The notes under the pieces: generated by a model
Told to the model about the DNA's origin: nothing
Database searches by the model: none
What the model saw: only the letters and a program-made list of their open reading frames with translations
Position numbers and translations under genes: made by a program
In this document: one piece after another, positions 1-12,011 of the stretch
Layout: every line of letters begins with the position of its first letter
How positions within the stretch are numbered: the stretch's first letter is position 1
Source of the DNA: Lophium mytilinum
Lineage: Eukaryota
Length of the DNA: 64,000 nucleotides
Direction of reading: 5' to 3'
Assembly (NCBI GenBank): GCA_010093605.1
Contig: MU004190.1
Coordinates: 1,881,599 to 1,945,598 of the forward strand

Positions 1-553
1 ACCGCACCACATGCCAGAACTTCCACCACCGGCCTCGCACCCCCGCGCCGGAGGTGAGCTCGATCCGGCCATCTAGTGTCCCGGCGCGTAGACCGCGCAG
101 CTCGGCGCGTGGCCCATGGCGGGAGATGTGGTAGAGTGTGGTGTCGTCGTCGTAGCGGAGCGCTTCAGGACGCGAGCTTTGCGACGCGGTGGAGAGACGG
201 CGGCATTCCGTGGGTAAGAGATGTCTTATGGAGAGTGTCAGGGGCCGGCCGGATTTTGTGAGGGTTTGGGAGAGCTGGTAGCGCGGTAGAGAGGATGTCG
301 AGCTGGTTGTTGAGGCGTGGATGAGGGGGGCGGCGAGAGTGAGATGGGAGAGCAAGGGGTCTAGGGCGTGGTAGGCGGGTGGGAGGCTCGCTTCGTTGCA
401 TCTTGCGGGTTCTGATGGCGTCAATTGGGTTGGAGGAGCCTGGGACTCCGGTTTTGGGGTGGTGGTGGCATCGTCACCGAAGTATGGGGGCGGGAGATCG
501 TTGTAGGGGTTCAGTCTGGTGTTGAAGGGTTGGATGGATGGGGGGAGCTGCAT
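1..553 (-). CDS. Hypothetical protein, N-terminal part (runs off the left edge)
   Basis: Manual translation from ATG at 553 (MQLPPSIQPFNTRLNPYNDLPPPY...LPPAYH...RYDDDTTLYHI...WWKFWHVVR) is open to position 1. It is absent from the ORF track, presumably because no stop lies in the window. Confidence 0.65.
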   Translation of the reverse strand, partial: MQLPPSIQPFNTRLNPYNDLPPPYFGDDATTTPKPESQAPPTQLTPSEPARCNEASLPPAYHALDPLLSHLTLAAPLIHASTTSSTSSLPRYQLSQTLTKSGRPLTLSIRHLLPTECRRLSTASQSSRPEALRYDDDTTLYHISRHGPRAELRGLRAGTLDGRIELTSGAGVRGRWWKFWHVVR

Positions 554-2312
554 CGTTGGCGGCTCATTGTTGTAGGTTGGTAGATAAGAATATATCTAGG
601 AGAGACGAAAAGTGTGAGGTTTGTAGATGCGATAGAAGAGCATTTAGGTGTTGATTGGGAAACAAGGGCTTTCATGATATCATGAGATTCATGAGATGGA
701 TGGAAAAGCGGGGTCGGAACGGGGATTTTCCATTCGCCGGGACGCCTCAGGCACTAACCTCCTCGACCCCTTCCCGACTTCTCGAAGTCTGTCACATTTT
801 CTCCATCAGCATTTTGTATTTCGACGCAAGGTTTTTCCCTATCTTTGCGCCTACCAGCAAGCTCTGCTACTAGGGTCTGCGACCTTGAAATCAGGCTTAA
901 AGTAATGCTAGCTAACACGCCACCTTCCCTTCCACCTGCTCTCATCGTAGGCTATCAATTGAGAGGTTTTCAGCAATGGGATGGCTCTAGCCCTCCTGAA
1001 TATCGACTTGCCCTGGATCACTACGAATGCTCGGAGTAAAATGAAATTATTTCAAGAACTCAACAGCCCTTGCGTGGTCGTATCCTACTTCTCTCTTGCA
1101 ATCCATCCCCTCCTTGTCTCATTGAGCACAATACCGCATCACTGCCCCGCGTTGTCTGCGCGTGGTTTTCTCTCACCTTTCCAAAAAGTCTTGCTCATCG
1201 GGGTTTCTTTTCCCTATCTTCGCTTTCCTGTCGGGCTTCCGGTGGAAGTGCTCGATGGTGACTCTAGCTGCGCCGAAACCTCTTTGAAAAAGCGGCTCGA
1301 GTCTCACTAAGCTTGTTTTCGACAATGGAGATGCCCGTTCTGTCCTCTGGGGGCATTTTAGAGATGTCGTACTAGTCCAAGCTCTAGAGATCAGAGCGAT
1401 TTTTCTGTATCTAGACATAAGGTTATTGATTATTCCTCCATCAGGACCGCCACACTCGATTCCGACGGGACCAAAACGTGCGCTAAGCCAGCATCCCAGG
1501 CAGCTCGTTCAAGACCAAGAAGAGTTATGCACTAAGCGCGGCCCGGCCCTACGGTATATAGGTAGCTGGGAGTGGCGCAGTCGAAAGTCAAAGCCAACGT
1601 CGGCAATGCGGCGTAAAAACTATCTGTTCCTCTGCTTCATTCGTAATCTCTAGACTCCTTCTACCGGAGAATGCGTACAAACCTTAGGCCTGAAAAGACC
1701 AAGACTGCTCATGCGCATCGCGTATACTGGACGAGGCCGCCTATGTTTCACCACGCTATCTGCAATTACAAAATGACACTTATAAAGCTAGTCACCTCGA
1801 CTATTAGAGTCGATGGCATTCCTCAGCAGCATTTCGCAGTTCCTCAGACGAATTCCGGAGGCCGAGGGTTCTCCAAATCCAAACTCGGTCTAGCTTCACC
1901 CGAAAACTAAAAAACCACATACGACGACATCACATCTCATTAGCAAAAGAAGACGCACTCGAAGATTACGTGGAAAATACGTGGACAATGGCTATAATTA
2001 TGGGTATAGTGGCTCTTCAAACCAAGAAAAGATCAATGTTGAGGCTGCAGGCCCCTTCATCTCCGACCATTTCCAGCCATCTCCGATCCCAGAAACCATA
2101 CGCAAAGCAGAATCATTATGAGAAGCCGCCCGTAAGGTCAACCGCCCAGTCGTTCATAGGCGTCCATCGAACCTTCGCATGCATCTAGTCTATTTGAACC
2201 CTAGTCGAGAGTGGTAGACTGCAGTCATGGGGAAGACACCTAGCACGTGTCGTCGGTGTGGTCTATCACTTTGTTAGCTTCCCCTCCCAAGCAACGAATA
2301 TAAATATTTCAA

Positions 2313-2567
2313 CTAACCCGCCTGGGAATCGTCATCGTCTCCCTTGATATGCTTGCCCGGGAAGATCTCCTTCAAGCGGTCTCGAATAGACTCCCAACGA
2401 GCAGGTCCACCGTTCGGGGAGCTGTTGAGAGTACCGGCAATCTTGTGGCAAGACTCGCCAGCGCTGTACTTCTTCACCACCTCATCATCCATGGCCTTGG
2501 TCCATTTGTTGTTCCAGGTGCCATTGTAGGTATACTTCTTGACCTTGGCAGCAGCGTAGGAAGGCAT
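2313..2567 (-). CDS. Small 84-aa protein with a Myb/SANT- or HTH-like motif
   Basis: ORF MPSYAAAKVKK...NKWTKAMDDEVVKKYSAGESCHKIAGTLN...RWESIRDRLKEI fits a WT-x-x-x-D...G-x-S-x-x-x-IA helix-turn-helix pattern. C-ending codon bias; TATA-like TATTTAA about 190 nt upstream. Confidence 0.55.
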   Translation of the reverse strand: MPSYAAAKVKKYTYNGTWNNKWTKAMDDEVVKKYSAGESCHKIAGTLNSSPNGGPARWESIRDRLKEIFPGKHIKGDDDDSQAG

Positions 2568-3609
2568 GACGAGTGATAAGACTGAAGAAGACTAGGCAAC
2601 GAGTTAGTATAGCTCGATAGGGGGTTGTCAGTCCTTCGCTTACTTTGGTTGTGTGGGTTGAGTGTTGGAATGTGGGATGTTGGTGTGGTGGGTGTGGTTG
2701 CGAGTTGTGGTTGTGGGGTTGATGGAAAAGACTATTCCTCAAGTGAAGGAGGTCCTTAAATATGCATTTCTGGGGAGGGACTTGGGGATCACCAGTGAAC
2801 TGTAGGAGTTACTGCGCCGCCCGCCAATCCGTCCACTCACCCGGCGCTGGCACTGCAGGCAGTGAATGTCACTTATGTGCTTTCTAGGTGCCAGCGAGGC
2901 CCCCTGGCGTGCAACCACGCGTTGAATGCCCGCCTAGCTCACCAAAAGTAGCCACATCGACGGGGCCCTAATCACAGCAGCACCGAAGGCGATAGTATCA
3001 CTGTGAGCCCCTTTTTGGAGACCGTCGATATATTGCGTCTGTTGGAAAAGTTTATACTCATCTTGAGCGGATACCGGTGGATCCTCGACGCCATAGCTAT
3101 TGAGCCTTCTTACCGATGCATGTGGACTCGTAATCTGTAAGCAGGAGGCGAATCCCGAGAGCAAGTCAAGGCATTTCTTGCCATGGCAAAAGAAGATCCA
3201 GAATTCTACCATCAACGCCTGAGCGGGTTTGACATCCCAGGAAATATGTTGTCCTATGTCTTGAGGGGTATTAGTCTCGCGCTGAAGCTTGCACGGTTGA
3301 TGACAAGTCATAATGGTTTATAGCTCCCGAATGACCATATGGAGAGGGCAACTGATGTCCTGATATTATAGCAAGAGCTGCAATCAACATTTTATGTCAC
3401 AAATGGTCATTTTTGGAGACAAAGAGTGAATTTCAATGTTACAAAGATTGAAAGGCTAGTCCTTCCGGCATTTTTCTCGCCTCTTAGTATAGTTGCCTCC
3501 TACAACCTTCGCTTGAATTACCATTATTTGCGCCACACTCTTCCTTTCGGCCCAAGTACATCATCTCCCTCTTTAAGTCTCAAACGCTTAGGACCTCGGA
3601 CGATTGCGT

Positions 3610-4571
3610 TCACTTGCGACAAGGGATGCGCAAGACTTCGGGCTCCAGATGCAAGCGATCGGAGATCTCGTCATAGGCAGATGCCATGATAGGCCTCTCA
3701 AAGTGAGCTAACGTGCGGGGCTCCACATTTTGTTGTCCAAACGCCACCAAGTATTTTACCATTCTTTCCGCCAGCTCTGTCTTCTGCTCCGGTGTACCAA
3801 GGACCTTAACTCTGTGATCGAAATGCTTTCCTAATGCACATTGCACCAATTCTATGGTGATAAGAGGCCTCAAGCTCGCTGGTGTGTCATCTGGCAGGCT
3901 GAGATCATACACCAATTCCACCTCGAATGGGCGACGTTCCAGGAAAGCATGGACGATTCGACTCAGAAAGAGCAGCATGTCCTCGCGTACAGTCTCATAT
4001 TTTAGTCCGTAGTGTGTCTCGTCTGCCCACGCGCATTCCATCCGGAAATCCGTCATGGCTAGCTGTTCCTCGATGCCCCTCTGATTATTGTTCTCCCTGT
4101 CTTGCTTCGCGAGATGAATACCGAAGAACCAGATGGCGCTGGAGAGGATGTATAACGGTCCGAGAGCTTTTTTCAAGTCTCGGCCGGAGGAAGTAGTTTG
4201 AACGAGGAGGTATAGGGGATCCTGATGCAAGGCGGCCATGCGGATCTTCAAGAGCGCTTGTGCCTCTTCTCGGACTTGCTTGCATGTGGCTAGAATGGCT
4301 GTGTTGAAAGTCCAGTCGCGTAGGAAACAATCGTCGGTGTCTGGGAGGGAGTCATTGAGTGGAGAAGGAATGTTGCTCATATTAGGAAGACATTCGTAGA
4401 CCATGAGTCGGATGTCTTTCGGGAGGTCCATGAAGCGGAAAGCATCACTTGATGGGCCGTTGGATGCGCCTGAAGAGGCCGCTGAAGCTTCTAAGTGATT
4501 AGAAACTACCAAGAAAGGGTGGAGGGCAACTCACTGGGAAGTTTTTGTCTGGTATACCATTTCGTCGTCAT
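3610..4571 (-). CDS. F-box-like (FxFxDLPxxIRxxVY) hypothetical protein
   Basis: Motif FRFMDLPKDIRLMVYECL and ILATCKQVREEA. Predicted first exon 4535-4571 and intron 4491-4534 (GTGAGT...CTAAT...TAG). Confidence 0.7.
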
Positions 4572-4965
4572 GTCCCATTGACCTCCGGATCTAGAGACCT
4601 TGCCTGGTTCCGTCGTTTTCTTGGATCTAGCCATCCTGCGAAGCTTTGGTTGCTGGCGTGTAGCTGGGCCTTGCTCTGGCGGCGGTGGTGAGAGAGTCGT
4701 TGAATGGAAACGTGCACTCCTGCTTGAGCGAGTGTTGTTGTTACAACCTTAGGCTGCACGGGATTGAGAGGAGTCACTAGAAAGGTGGGTGATCAGGCGT
4801 GCGGACGAACCACTGTTTACAGAGCGGTGTAGACGCACTTCACCGTCAAATTCCCCCAACGCACTTTGTAAAGCTGCACGTCTGCACTCTTCCGTACCTC
4901 GACCCAGACACAACCAGCTCAGAGCTTCCAACCCACTGCAACATCACAATCTCATCTACACCACC

Positions 4966-5925
4966 ATGCCCGTCTCATCCGTTGCACGCCACCATGACCT
5001 GGACGACAGAGGCGAGGGCGTCAACAAGTACGTCTCTCTCCATTCCAGCATGACCTTCATCCAACTAACCTTTCGACCTAGTCACTCATCCTCTGCCAGA
5101 CCCTCCCAGCTGGGAAACAGAGAAAGACCGTTCCCATTCCTCGGCCTGCCCAAAGAACTACGTCTGAAAGTCTACGAGAACATTCCTGAAGTCACGAAGC
5201 GGCCTCTCCCTTTAAACCTCAAGAACGAGCCCACAGATGAGATATACTGGCGACAATGGACAATCGACACCGCGATTCTCGACACAAACAAAACGATCAG
5301 TCATGAAGCGTCTGCCGTTCTCTGGCAGATTGTGACCAGGTTGCAGGCCGAGACCATGATCCTCGAAGTCATCGTCCACTCCGCCAAAGACCCCAGCCCT
5401 CAATTCCTCAACTCTCCTGGCACGCCCTCCATATTCGTCGACATCGTTCCGGTCGTGTACAGTGCTCTCATCATGAACCTCCCACTTCGGCCTTTAACCC
5501 TTATTGGCAGGGCAGGATGCTTCCTACAATCTTATGCGAAATGGTGCGAACTTGCTCGACTGACCCCCGTCGAATACGAGGCAGACAGATCAGAGGCAAA
5601 TTGGCTGCTCCATCGCACGCTGATGTGCGAGAACTTGGAGATACACCTCCTCTACGACTCTAACGCCTGCTCTGTCTTAAGCATATGCTTCAAGATACTC
5701 CAGGTCCTAGCGGTAGCTCACCTAGCTCGATCTCTACCCACTGACGGTGCAACTGGATACGCGGTAAAGATGGGATATGGTATCAAAGTGGCCGAGAGGG
5801 GAGGAGGAGAGCTGCTGCTGCCGGAAGAGTTTGCCGAGAAGCACAAGGACAGCCTGCCTCTAGAGTATTTCAATATGCTCACTGGGATATCACAGCCCCC
5901 AAGTGTCTTCCGCTTCTTCCGCTGA
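4966..5925 (+). CDS. F-box-like (FPFLGLPxELRxxVY) hypothetical protein, paralogue of the divergent neighbour
   Basis: FPFLGLPKELRLKVYENI and WTIDTAILDTNKTISHEA, aligning with WTFNTAILATCKQVREEA of 3610-4571. Probable intron ~5028-5081. Confidence 0.7.
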   Translation: MPVSSVARHHDLDDRGEGVNKYVSLHSSMTFIQLTFRPSHSSSARPSQLGNRERPFPFLGLPKELRLKVYENIPEVTKRPLPLNLKNEPTDEIYWRQWTIDTAILDTNKTISHEASAVLWQIVTRLQAETMILEVIVHSAKDPSPQFLNSPGTPSIFVDIVPVVYSALIMNLPLRPLTLIGRAGCFLQSYAKWCELARLTPVEYEADRSEANWLLHRTLMCENLEIHLLYDSNACSVLSICFKILQVLAVAHLARSLPTDGATGYAVKMGYGIKVAERGGGELLLPEEFAEKHKDSLPLEYFNMLTGISQPPSVFRFFR

Positions 5926-6074
5926 TCTTATGTTGCAAGATAAGAAGAAATAGACAAGCGGCGTGGTGGATACACACCCTGAACTAGATTAGGGCTCAAA
6001 TCTTTCTTGTTCCTGCATTTGTGACCGTGAGACTCCTTTTCGTTATGCAGCCTCGGAGTGATGTAATTAACTAC

Positions 6075-6481
6075 GGCACTCTGAGCACTCGATGCCGCCG
6101 TAAGGAGTACCCCGTAGAGCTAGTAGCTGGGCCGTTAAAAGGCAGTCCAATTTTCACTGCATTGAATTTAACATCATATCTAGGTGTATAAACAGCAGCA
6201 AGCTGTGATTGACCTCGATGTAGGCTTCATTTTGACGGCTCGATAGCACTGGAAGGAGTGCCCCGTAAAGTTAGTAGCTGGGCCATTAAAAGGTAGTCTA
6301 ATCTCCAACATATTGAATTTGACATCATTTCTATGTATATAGAAGACTGCAAGCTGTAATTAACCGCGATGTAGGCTTTGTTTTGATTGCTTGATAGCAC
6401 TAGAAGGAGTACCCTATAGAGCTAGTAGCTGGGCCGTTAGACGATGGTCCGATTTCCAATATATCGAACTTGACATTATAT
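6075..6481 (+). repeat. Tandem array 1 of a ~151-bp repeat (~2.6 copies)
   Basis: Anchor AAGGAGT(A/G)CCC...TAGTAGCTGGGCC recurs at ~6102, ~6253 and ~6404. Confidence 0.9.
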
Positions 6482-6628
6482 CCAAAACGAAACTTTTGGG
6501 ATTTCCCGCCGCCACATGGCATTTTTTCCAGTCTTGACAACGGTATACCACCGTCAGGAGGACCCCAGCTGTCAAGCCGCCGCCCAGTCAAAAGGTTGCC
6601 CATATTAGGAAGGCAGATCTTTCTGCTC

Positions 6629-8548
6629 TCAACGTATAAGAACTGACTCTGTCCCATTTCGTACTATTTCCGTTTTCTTAGCCTCCGGTGCGATTGGCAA
6701 AAGTCTCAAACTCGGAACGTACTTCTGGAGGCCCTACAACGATCTGATCAGCTCAATATTCCATGGGCAACAATTTCGACATGGCCAGAGTACTTACTAA
6801 AGCGCAAGAAAGACATGCCAATAACTCCGCTTCCTCAAAAGTGGCGGACATACTGGCACCCCAGGACACAGAGTCATCCCCCTTCAGTCGGCAATTCGTA
6901 ATAGCCATCTCCTGAGTCGTACCACTCTCCGCCCATTTCCGCTCGACAACCTCAAAGGAAAGCTGAAGGCCAGTTCCAATCGCCAACGCGCTGGAAACTG
7001 CAGCGGCAATACCGTCTGCGCTACCGCGAATGTCCCTCGCAAGTCCATTGATGAGAATTGTCGCACAAATCTCAACCTGGCCACTCCTCCCTCGGGCACG
7101 ATATCCATGCTTTAGAATTCTTGCATCTATCTGCCGAACATGGTAGGTTTCCAGGAAAAGATCTTGAATATCAACCGGCGACAGGACTCGGCCAACCTTG
7201 TCTGAGGCACTCTTAACAATCTTCGAGAAGTCCTGCTGGAGAGCCTTCGGCAAATCCAAGTCCACACTCCTCTGCAACGCCCACGCCACGCCACCCTTCC
7301 CACTCTGTGAATTGACCCTGATGACCGACTCATACGTTGCACCTATATCCTTCGGATCAAGAGGAAGATAGGGCACCGTCCAAATGTTCTTCCTATCAGA
7401 CGTCGGGATCTCCCACATCTTGAAGCCTTTATTGATGGCATCCTGATGGCTCCCGCTATACGCTAGGAAGACTGAGTCTCCAGCGTAAGGTGCACGCATG
7501 TGAACGGGAATCCGCGTGAGCCTTTCTACCGTCTTTCGGATTGCTGGGAGATCTGAGAAATCGAGCTCAGGGTTGACTCCTTGGGTGTAAAGGTTCAAGG
7601 CCAGCGTCACAAGGTCCACATTACCAGTCCTCTCGCCGTTCCCGAAGAGACACCCCTCCACTCGAGTAGCGCCCGCGAGTTGACCTAGCTCTGCTGCTGC
7701 AACTGCGCAGCCGCGGTCATTGTGTGGATGCAAGGAGACGACGACGGAGTCATGAGGGAAAGCACGGCAGAAGAGCTCTACTTGATCGGCAAAAGTGTTG
7801 GGAGTGCTCATCTCGACCGTAGCAGGAAGATTCAGGATCACTGGAGTCTCCGATGTTGGATTCCAGGCCTCGCGAACAGCATCGCACAACGCGATGGCGT
7901 ATGATGTATCGGTATCTGAAAAGGCTTCGGGACTGAACATCAGATTCCAGCTCGTGCTCTGCCGATCAGGGTCGTCTTTGGTGATTGACTTGGTGTAGCG
8001 GACGCAGTCCACAGCCAAATCAAAGACGTCCTGCCGCGACAACCCGAAGATGGTGGATTGAAACGCGTCGCTAGACGCAATGTAGAGACTGATAATCGCC
8101 TTCTTTGCACCGGTAACACTCTCGACTGTCCGCTTGATCAATTCGCGACGACACGGCGAGAGGACCTGTAACCATACATCTTCGGGTACAGCGTTTGGCG
8201 TCTCGACAAGCTGGCGCGTGAAATTGAATTCCGTGTTTGAGGCGCTCGGGAAGGCGACGTCGATTTCTTTAAAGCCCATCCGAACTAGGAGGTCAAAGTA
8301 GATCTGTTTTTCTGCTACGGTCATTGGGTGGGCTAGGCTTTGGTTACCGTCGCGGAGGTCTGTAGCGAGCCATCTTGGCGATTTTGTGATGGTTTTGGAG
8401 GGCCAGGTTCGGTCTGGGAGAGAAGGGGGAGCGAAAGGGGCGTATTTCGCGGACGGGTCGCGGAGCCTGGTGGGGGTTAGATCTCGAAGTATACGACTTT
8501 CTGCAAAGCACCGTTCTAGAAAAGTAAGGTTTCCACTTACATTGGCAT
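6629..8548 (-). CDS. LEU4: 2-isopropylmalate synthase-like (divergent LEU4/LeuA paralogue)
   Basis: Spliced start MPMLRDPSAKY...RWLATDLRDGNQSL (intron 8467-8540); motifs FSPE, NLPATVEMS, SLHPHNDRG, GERTGNVDL, SGSHQDAI, RVNSQSGKGG. Predicted 3' intron ~6734-6797. Confidence 0.93.
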
Positions 8549-8712
8549 GGTGGCTTTGGATGGAATTGATTTTGAGGAGCTGAAAAAAAGGTGTACAATG
8601 TCCAAATTTCTTTTGGCGGACACTTATTGGGATCTCCTCGAAGGGACGTCAAATTAGGGATGTTCCCATCAGTACCCCTTGCACACGATCTAAGCAGCCG
8701 AGTTTCCGATTT

Positions 8713-8808
8713 CGGTCCGCATTTTCGGATCGGTGTGATCGATAGGTTGATTGGACGCTCTAACCGAGCGGACCGCTTGTTAGCTTTTCGAGAACCCAGC
8801 TCGGACCG
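8713..8808. promoter_or_regulatory. Three CGG(A/T)CCG sites in the divergent synthase/dioxygenase promoter (putative Zn2Cys6 sites)
   Basis: CGGTCCG 8713-8719, CGGACCG 8769-8775 and 8802-8808. The same motif occurs upstream of the isomerase and aminotransferase genes. Confidence 0.55.
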
Positions 8809-9005
8809 CGGTGACTGCTGTGTCATCCCCGGAATCTGTGTCCTGTTTCGGGTTAGACATGAGAATCTCGTTTATTATGCTCATGTGCCTCTGGACGCAG
8901 CTCCTGTATATCAAGGATACCTTTGCAGGCACATAATATATCAAGGGCCTAACTTTCCAGTTTCCACTCTCATTGCCTTGCCGTTGTTAAAATCCTCTCT
9001 GCGAA

Positions 9006-10128
9006 ATGTCACCACCAATCCCGATTCTTGATGCTGCTTCCATGGCCAAAGGAACGGGCGAAGAAAGGGCAGCGTTTGGCCATAAGTTCCTCGAGAGTAT
9101 GACCGAATATGGATTTGTGAAACTTGTCAACCACACTGTTCCGCTTCCTGTCGTTGAAGATACGTTCAGCAAAGTAGAATCTCTTACCAAAGAAGTTTTC
9201 AAATACTAATGTTTTTTAGATCAAGCAATTTTTCAAGTTGCCTTTTGACGTAAAGAGGCCAACGATCAATGATCCAAAGAAGGGACAGCAACGTGGCTGG
9301 AGCCCCCCTGGCGAGGAAAAGACATGGTGGTTAGAGAGCAACACTGGGGACGTCGAGTCTCCTCGCTTCAGCGATAACAAGGTAACTTCATCTAGCCATC
9401 ACATTCATTGTTTAACTCATGACTGAACATTGCTTCAGGAAAGCTTCGACTGCGGGGATCCCAAGGACAAGCAGTTCCCGAACCAATGGCCTACTGAGTC
9501 TGCTCTTCCGGGTTACCAATCTACCATGGACCAGTTTTACTACGACTGCGGCCAGCTCTGCGTCGACCTGCTAGAGGTTCTCGCCGCTCAAATGAATCTT
9601 GACCCAAAGCTCTTTTCGTCCAAGTGCACCAACGAAGCCAGCACAATCCGCATCAACCACTTCCCACCCATCGACCGGCAAACCCTCGAAAGCGGCCAGG
9701 TCAGCCGTATCTGGCCCCACAACGACTTCGGCATCATATCCCTCGTTTTCCCCGACCGAACCGGGGGCTTAGAGTACGAAGACCGTGAGAACCCTGGCAC
9801 CTTCATCCCAATGCCGTACAGCGGCGACGACGAGGTAGTCGTTATCATCTCAGAGACCTTCCAGCGATGGACGAACGGCGCTGTGAGACCAGGCTTACAC
9901 CGCGTGACCAAGCCTGTTGACATGGTCGGGGATGTTGTTCCGGAAAGATGGAGTCTGGTGTACTTCTGTAAAGCTGATAGACATATAAATGTTGGGCCGT
10001 TGGAGGAGTTTGTGGGACCAGAGAGGCAGCCACTGTATGAGGATCTGACGGCGCTGGAGTATCAGGCGATGCGGAATGCGGTACACTATCCTGAGCCGGT
10101 AGCGGAGGGGGTTTCGGTGGAGGCGTAG
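9006..10128 (+). CDS. 2-oxoglutarate/Fe(II)-dependent dioxygenase (IPNS-like fold)
   Basis: YGFVKLVNH N-terminal motif, HxD (PHNDFG), distal His (GLHRV), RxS (RWSLVYF). Introns 9174-9219 and 9382-9438. Confidence 0.92.
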
Positions 10129-10129
10129 A

Positions 10130-10950
10130 CTTACATGTTTTGACTGATTAGCTAGCTGCTAGCCGGGCCACTCCTCACAGTGGTAGTCAATGAGAATGAG
10201 TATAGGTTGGATAGGTAGATATCCGAGTACCGATCCTTGTGTTCAGGCATTCAATATTATACTGCCTTTTGCTCATTAGCTACATACTTGCGGGACCACT
10301 CTCTACAGTGGTGATTAGTGTGCAAGAGGAAGCCGAATCAGTAGTATGCTCGTGCTCGTGAACATATGATCTAGCACAGGATATGCTACACCTGGTCCAA
10401 TGGAGATTGAATATTCTTTAGGCCTGTTGGATACTCGCTTGCTGAAGGGCTCTATACGGCAGCATGAATCATGCAAAAGCACTGTCTGAGCAGTAGGAAA
10501 GCCTTGCTCCTAGCTTATAGCTTGGTGTTACAACCGTCCAAATTGATGCACTAGATCTCAGATGACCCTTTGACTACTCAGATGCCTGCTAGCAGGCCAC
10601 TCTTCACGGTGGTGTTAAGCCAACAAAAGCGAAGCCTACTCAGGAGTATGTCCTATGTCCATGTGCATGAAATAAAAAGCAGCCCCTACTGTGTCACGAG
10701 ACCGACACTCAACAATAGATGGCGTTTAGGCCGACGGGCAACCTGCTACCTTGAAAGCTCTCATACAAAAATAAGCCCAGGTAGAGCCACGACAGTAGTA
10801 GAATCTTATGACCAAATCAACGACTTCAAACAGATTGCCTCAATAGGGGTATACCTACTTTCACAAACATGCTCATGATGCAAATTGAAGGAAAATCCAG
10901 TAGGCCATTGGTCTGGTACGCTGCCTACTAACTGATCTACAGTTTAGAGT
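10130..10950 (-). repeat. Tandem array 2 of the ~151-bp repeat (degenerate, ~5 copies, opposite orientation to array 1)
   Basis: Anchor CCACTC-like...CAGTGGT at ~10168, 10296, 10447 and 10597. The sequence GTGGTGTTAAGCCAACAAAAGCGAAGCCTAC (10609) matches the reverse complement of array 1 (GTGCTATCAAGCAATCAAAACAAAGCCTAC). Confidence 0.7.
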
Positions 10951-11090
10951 CGTCTCAAGGAAGGAGTTTAGTCTGAGTAGAGTAATGTTCCTGTGGCTGA
11001 GCTTAATCTCACATCCCACAAGGCATCATCCTTCAGTCCTCTTCACCAGCACTGAGGCTGAGGGACCGGGCTCTCGCTGTATCAGTACTT

Positions 11091-12011
11091 TCATGCTCCT
11101 GTAGGTGACTGCCCCCCCTGAACCGCCAGCTTGCTTGGCACCCCAACGGTACCATCATCTGCCTCTTGCATAATCCAACGCGTACCTGCAGTCTCAAGCT
11201 CGGTACCGAACGCGCCTTCACACCACAAGAGCTTCAATGCGAGTTCGATAGGTCTCCATCGCAGAAGGCTAGAGCGAAGCAATTCCGCATGTACTCTCAA
11301 TTCAGCGTGACGCTCCGCCACAATCGGGTCCAAGTTTTCATAAACCTTTGCCGCCTCCTTAATTCTCTTCACTAGATCGCGAACGTATTCCTGGATTTGT
11401 AGCATAGTAATGCCTTGAGAGCCAGCCCCAGCCTCGATCTCGGTCTTCCACCCCGTGAGCATGTCGTGCTTAATCGTCAGGGTGAAGATTGGAGGCTGGC
11501 AGCAAAGCGCACGTTGCCATTTGCCGGCTGGGGCATCCAAGAGCGTCGTGACCCAATCGTGTTCATCGAAGTAGCCGAGCAAGTGATCAAACCTTGGATC
11601 CCCAGCTTGGCCATAGTGATCCCCTGTTAGACACCACGTGCTCGTTCCCGGGAGCAGGACGATTGGAGGTTGGCGCTGCGTCAGCATGCGGAGAAGCATT
11701 GGGTGCCACTGACGGCCGATCACAGGCGGCACTCGATAGACAGCGTCGTTGGGAAAGGCGGCGGACTTGGGAAGCAAGAAGCCGGGGACACGCAGTGTTG
11801 GGGCCTCTGAGAGTGGAACGAAGAACAGTTTTTGTTGGATGGGTAGACTGCCGTCGATGATGTCGCGCCACTGCTTGCATACGCGCGAGGCCGAGATGAC
11901 CTCAGAGAACGGCAAATACTGGAAGATGTTTTCGACCAGCTCGACGATATGGCCTACGCGCTCGGAGGCAGGCATTCCGGCGCTGGTCTTGTTGGCGTCG
12001 CTAGTGCTCAT
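11091..12011 (-). CDS. F-box domain protein
   Basis: Intronless 306-aa ORF with IVELVENIFQYLPFSEVISASRVCKQWRDIIDGSLPIQQKLFF. Confidence 0.85.
   Translation of the reverse strand: MSTSDANKTSAGMPASERVGHIVELVENIFQYLPFSEVISASRVCKQWRDIIDGSLPIQQKLFFVPLSEAPTLRVPGFLLPKSAAFPNDAVYRVPPVIGRQWHPMLLRMLTQRQPPIVLLPGTSTWCLTGDHYGQAGDPRFDHLLGYFDEHDWVTTLLDAPAGKWQRALCCQPPIFTLTIKHDMLTGWKTEIEAGAGSQGITMLQIQEYVRDLVKRIKEAAKVYENLDPIVAERHAELRVHAELLRSSLLRWRPIELALKLLWCEGAFGTELETAGTRWIMQEADDGTVGVPSKLAVQGGQSPTGA

Noticed and set aside
850..3430. Further copies of the 151-bp repeat (e.g. GTAGGCT...AGCAATGG at ~947, ACTCCTTCTA at ~1654)
   Set aside because: Only short word matches with inconsistent spacing; a profile search would be needed.
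6075..6481. CRISPR-like array
   Set aside because: Whole units are homologous with no unique spacers, there are no cas genes, and the context is eukaryotic.
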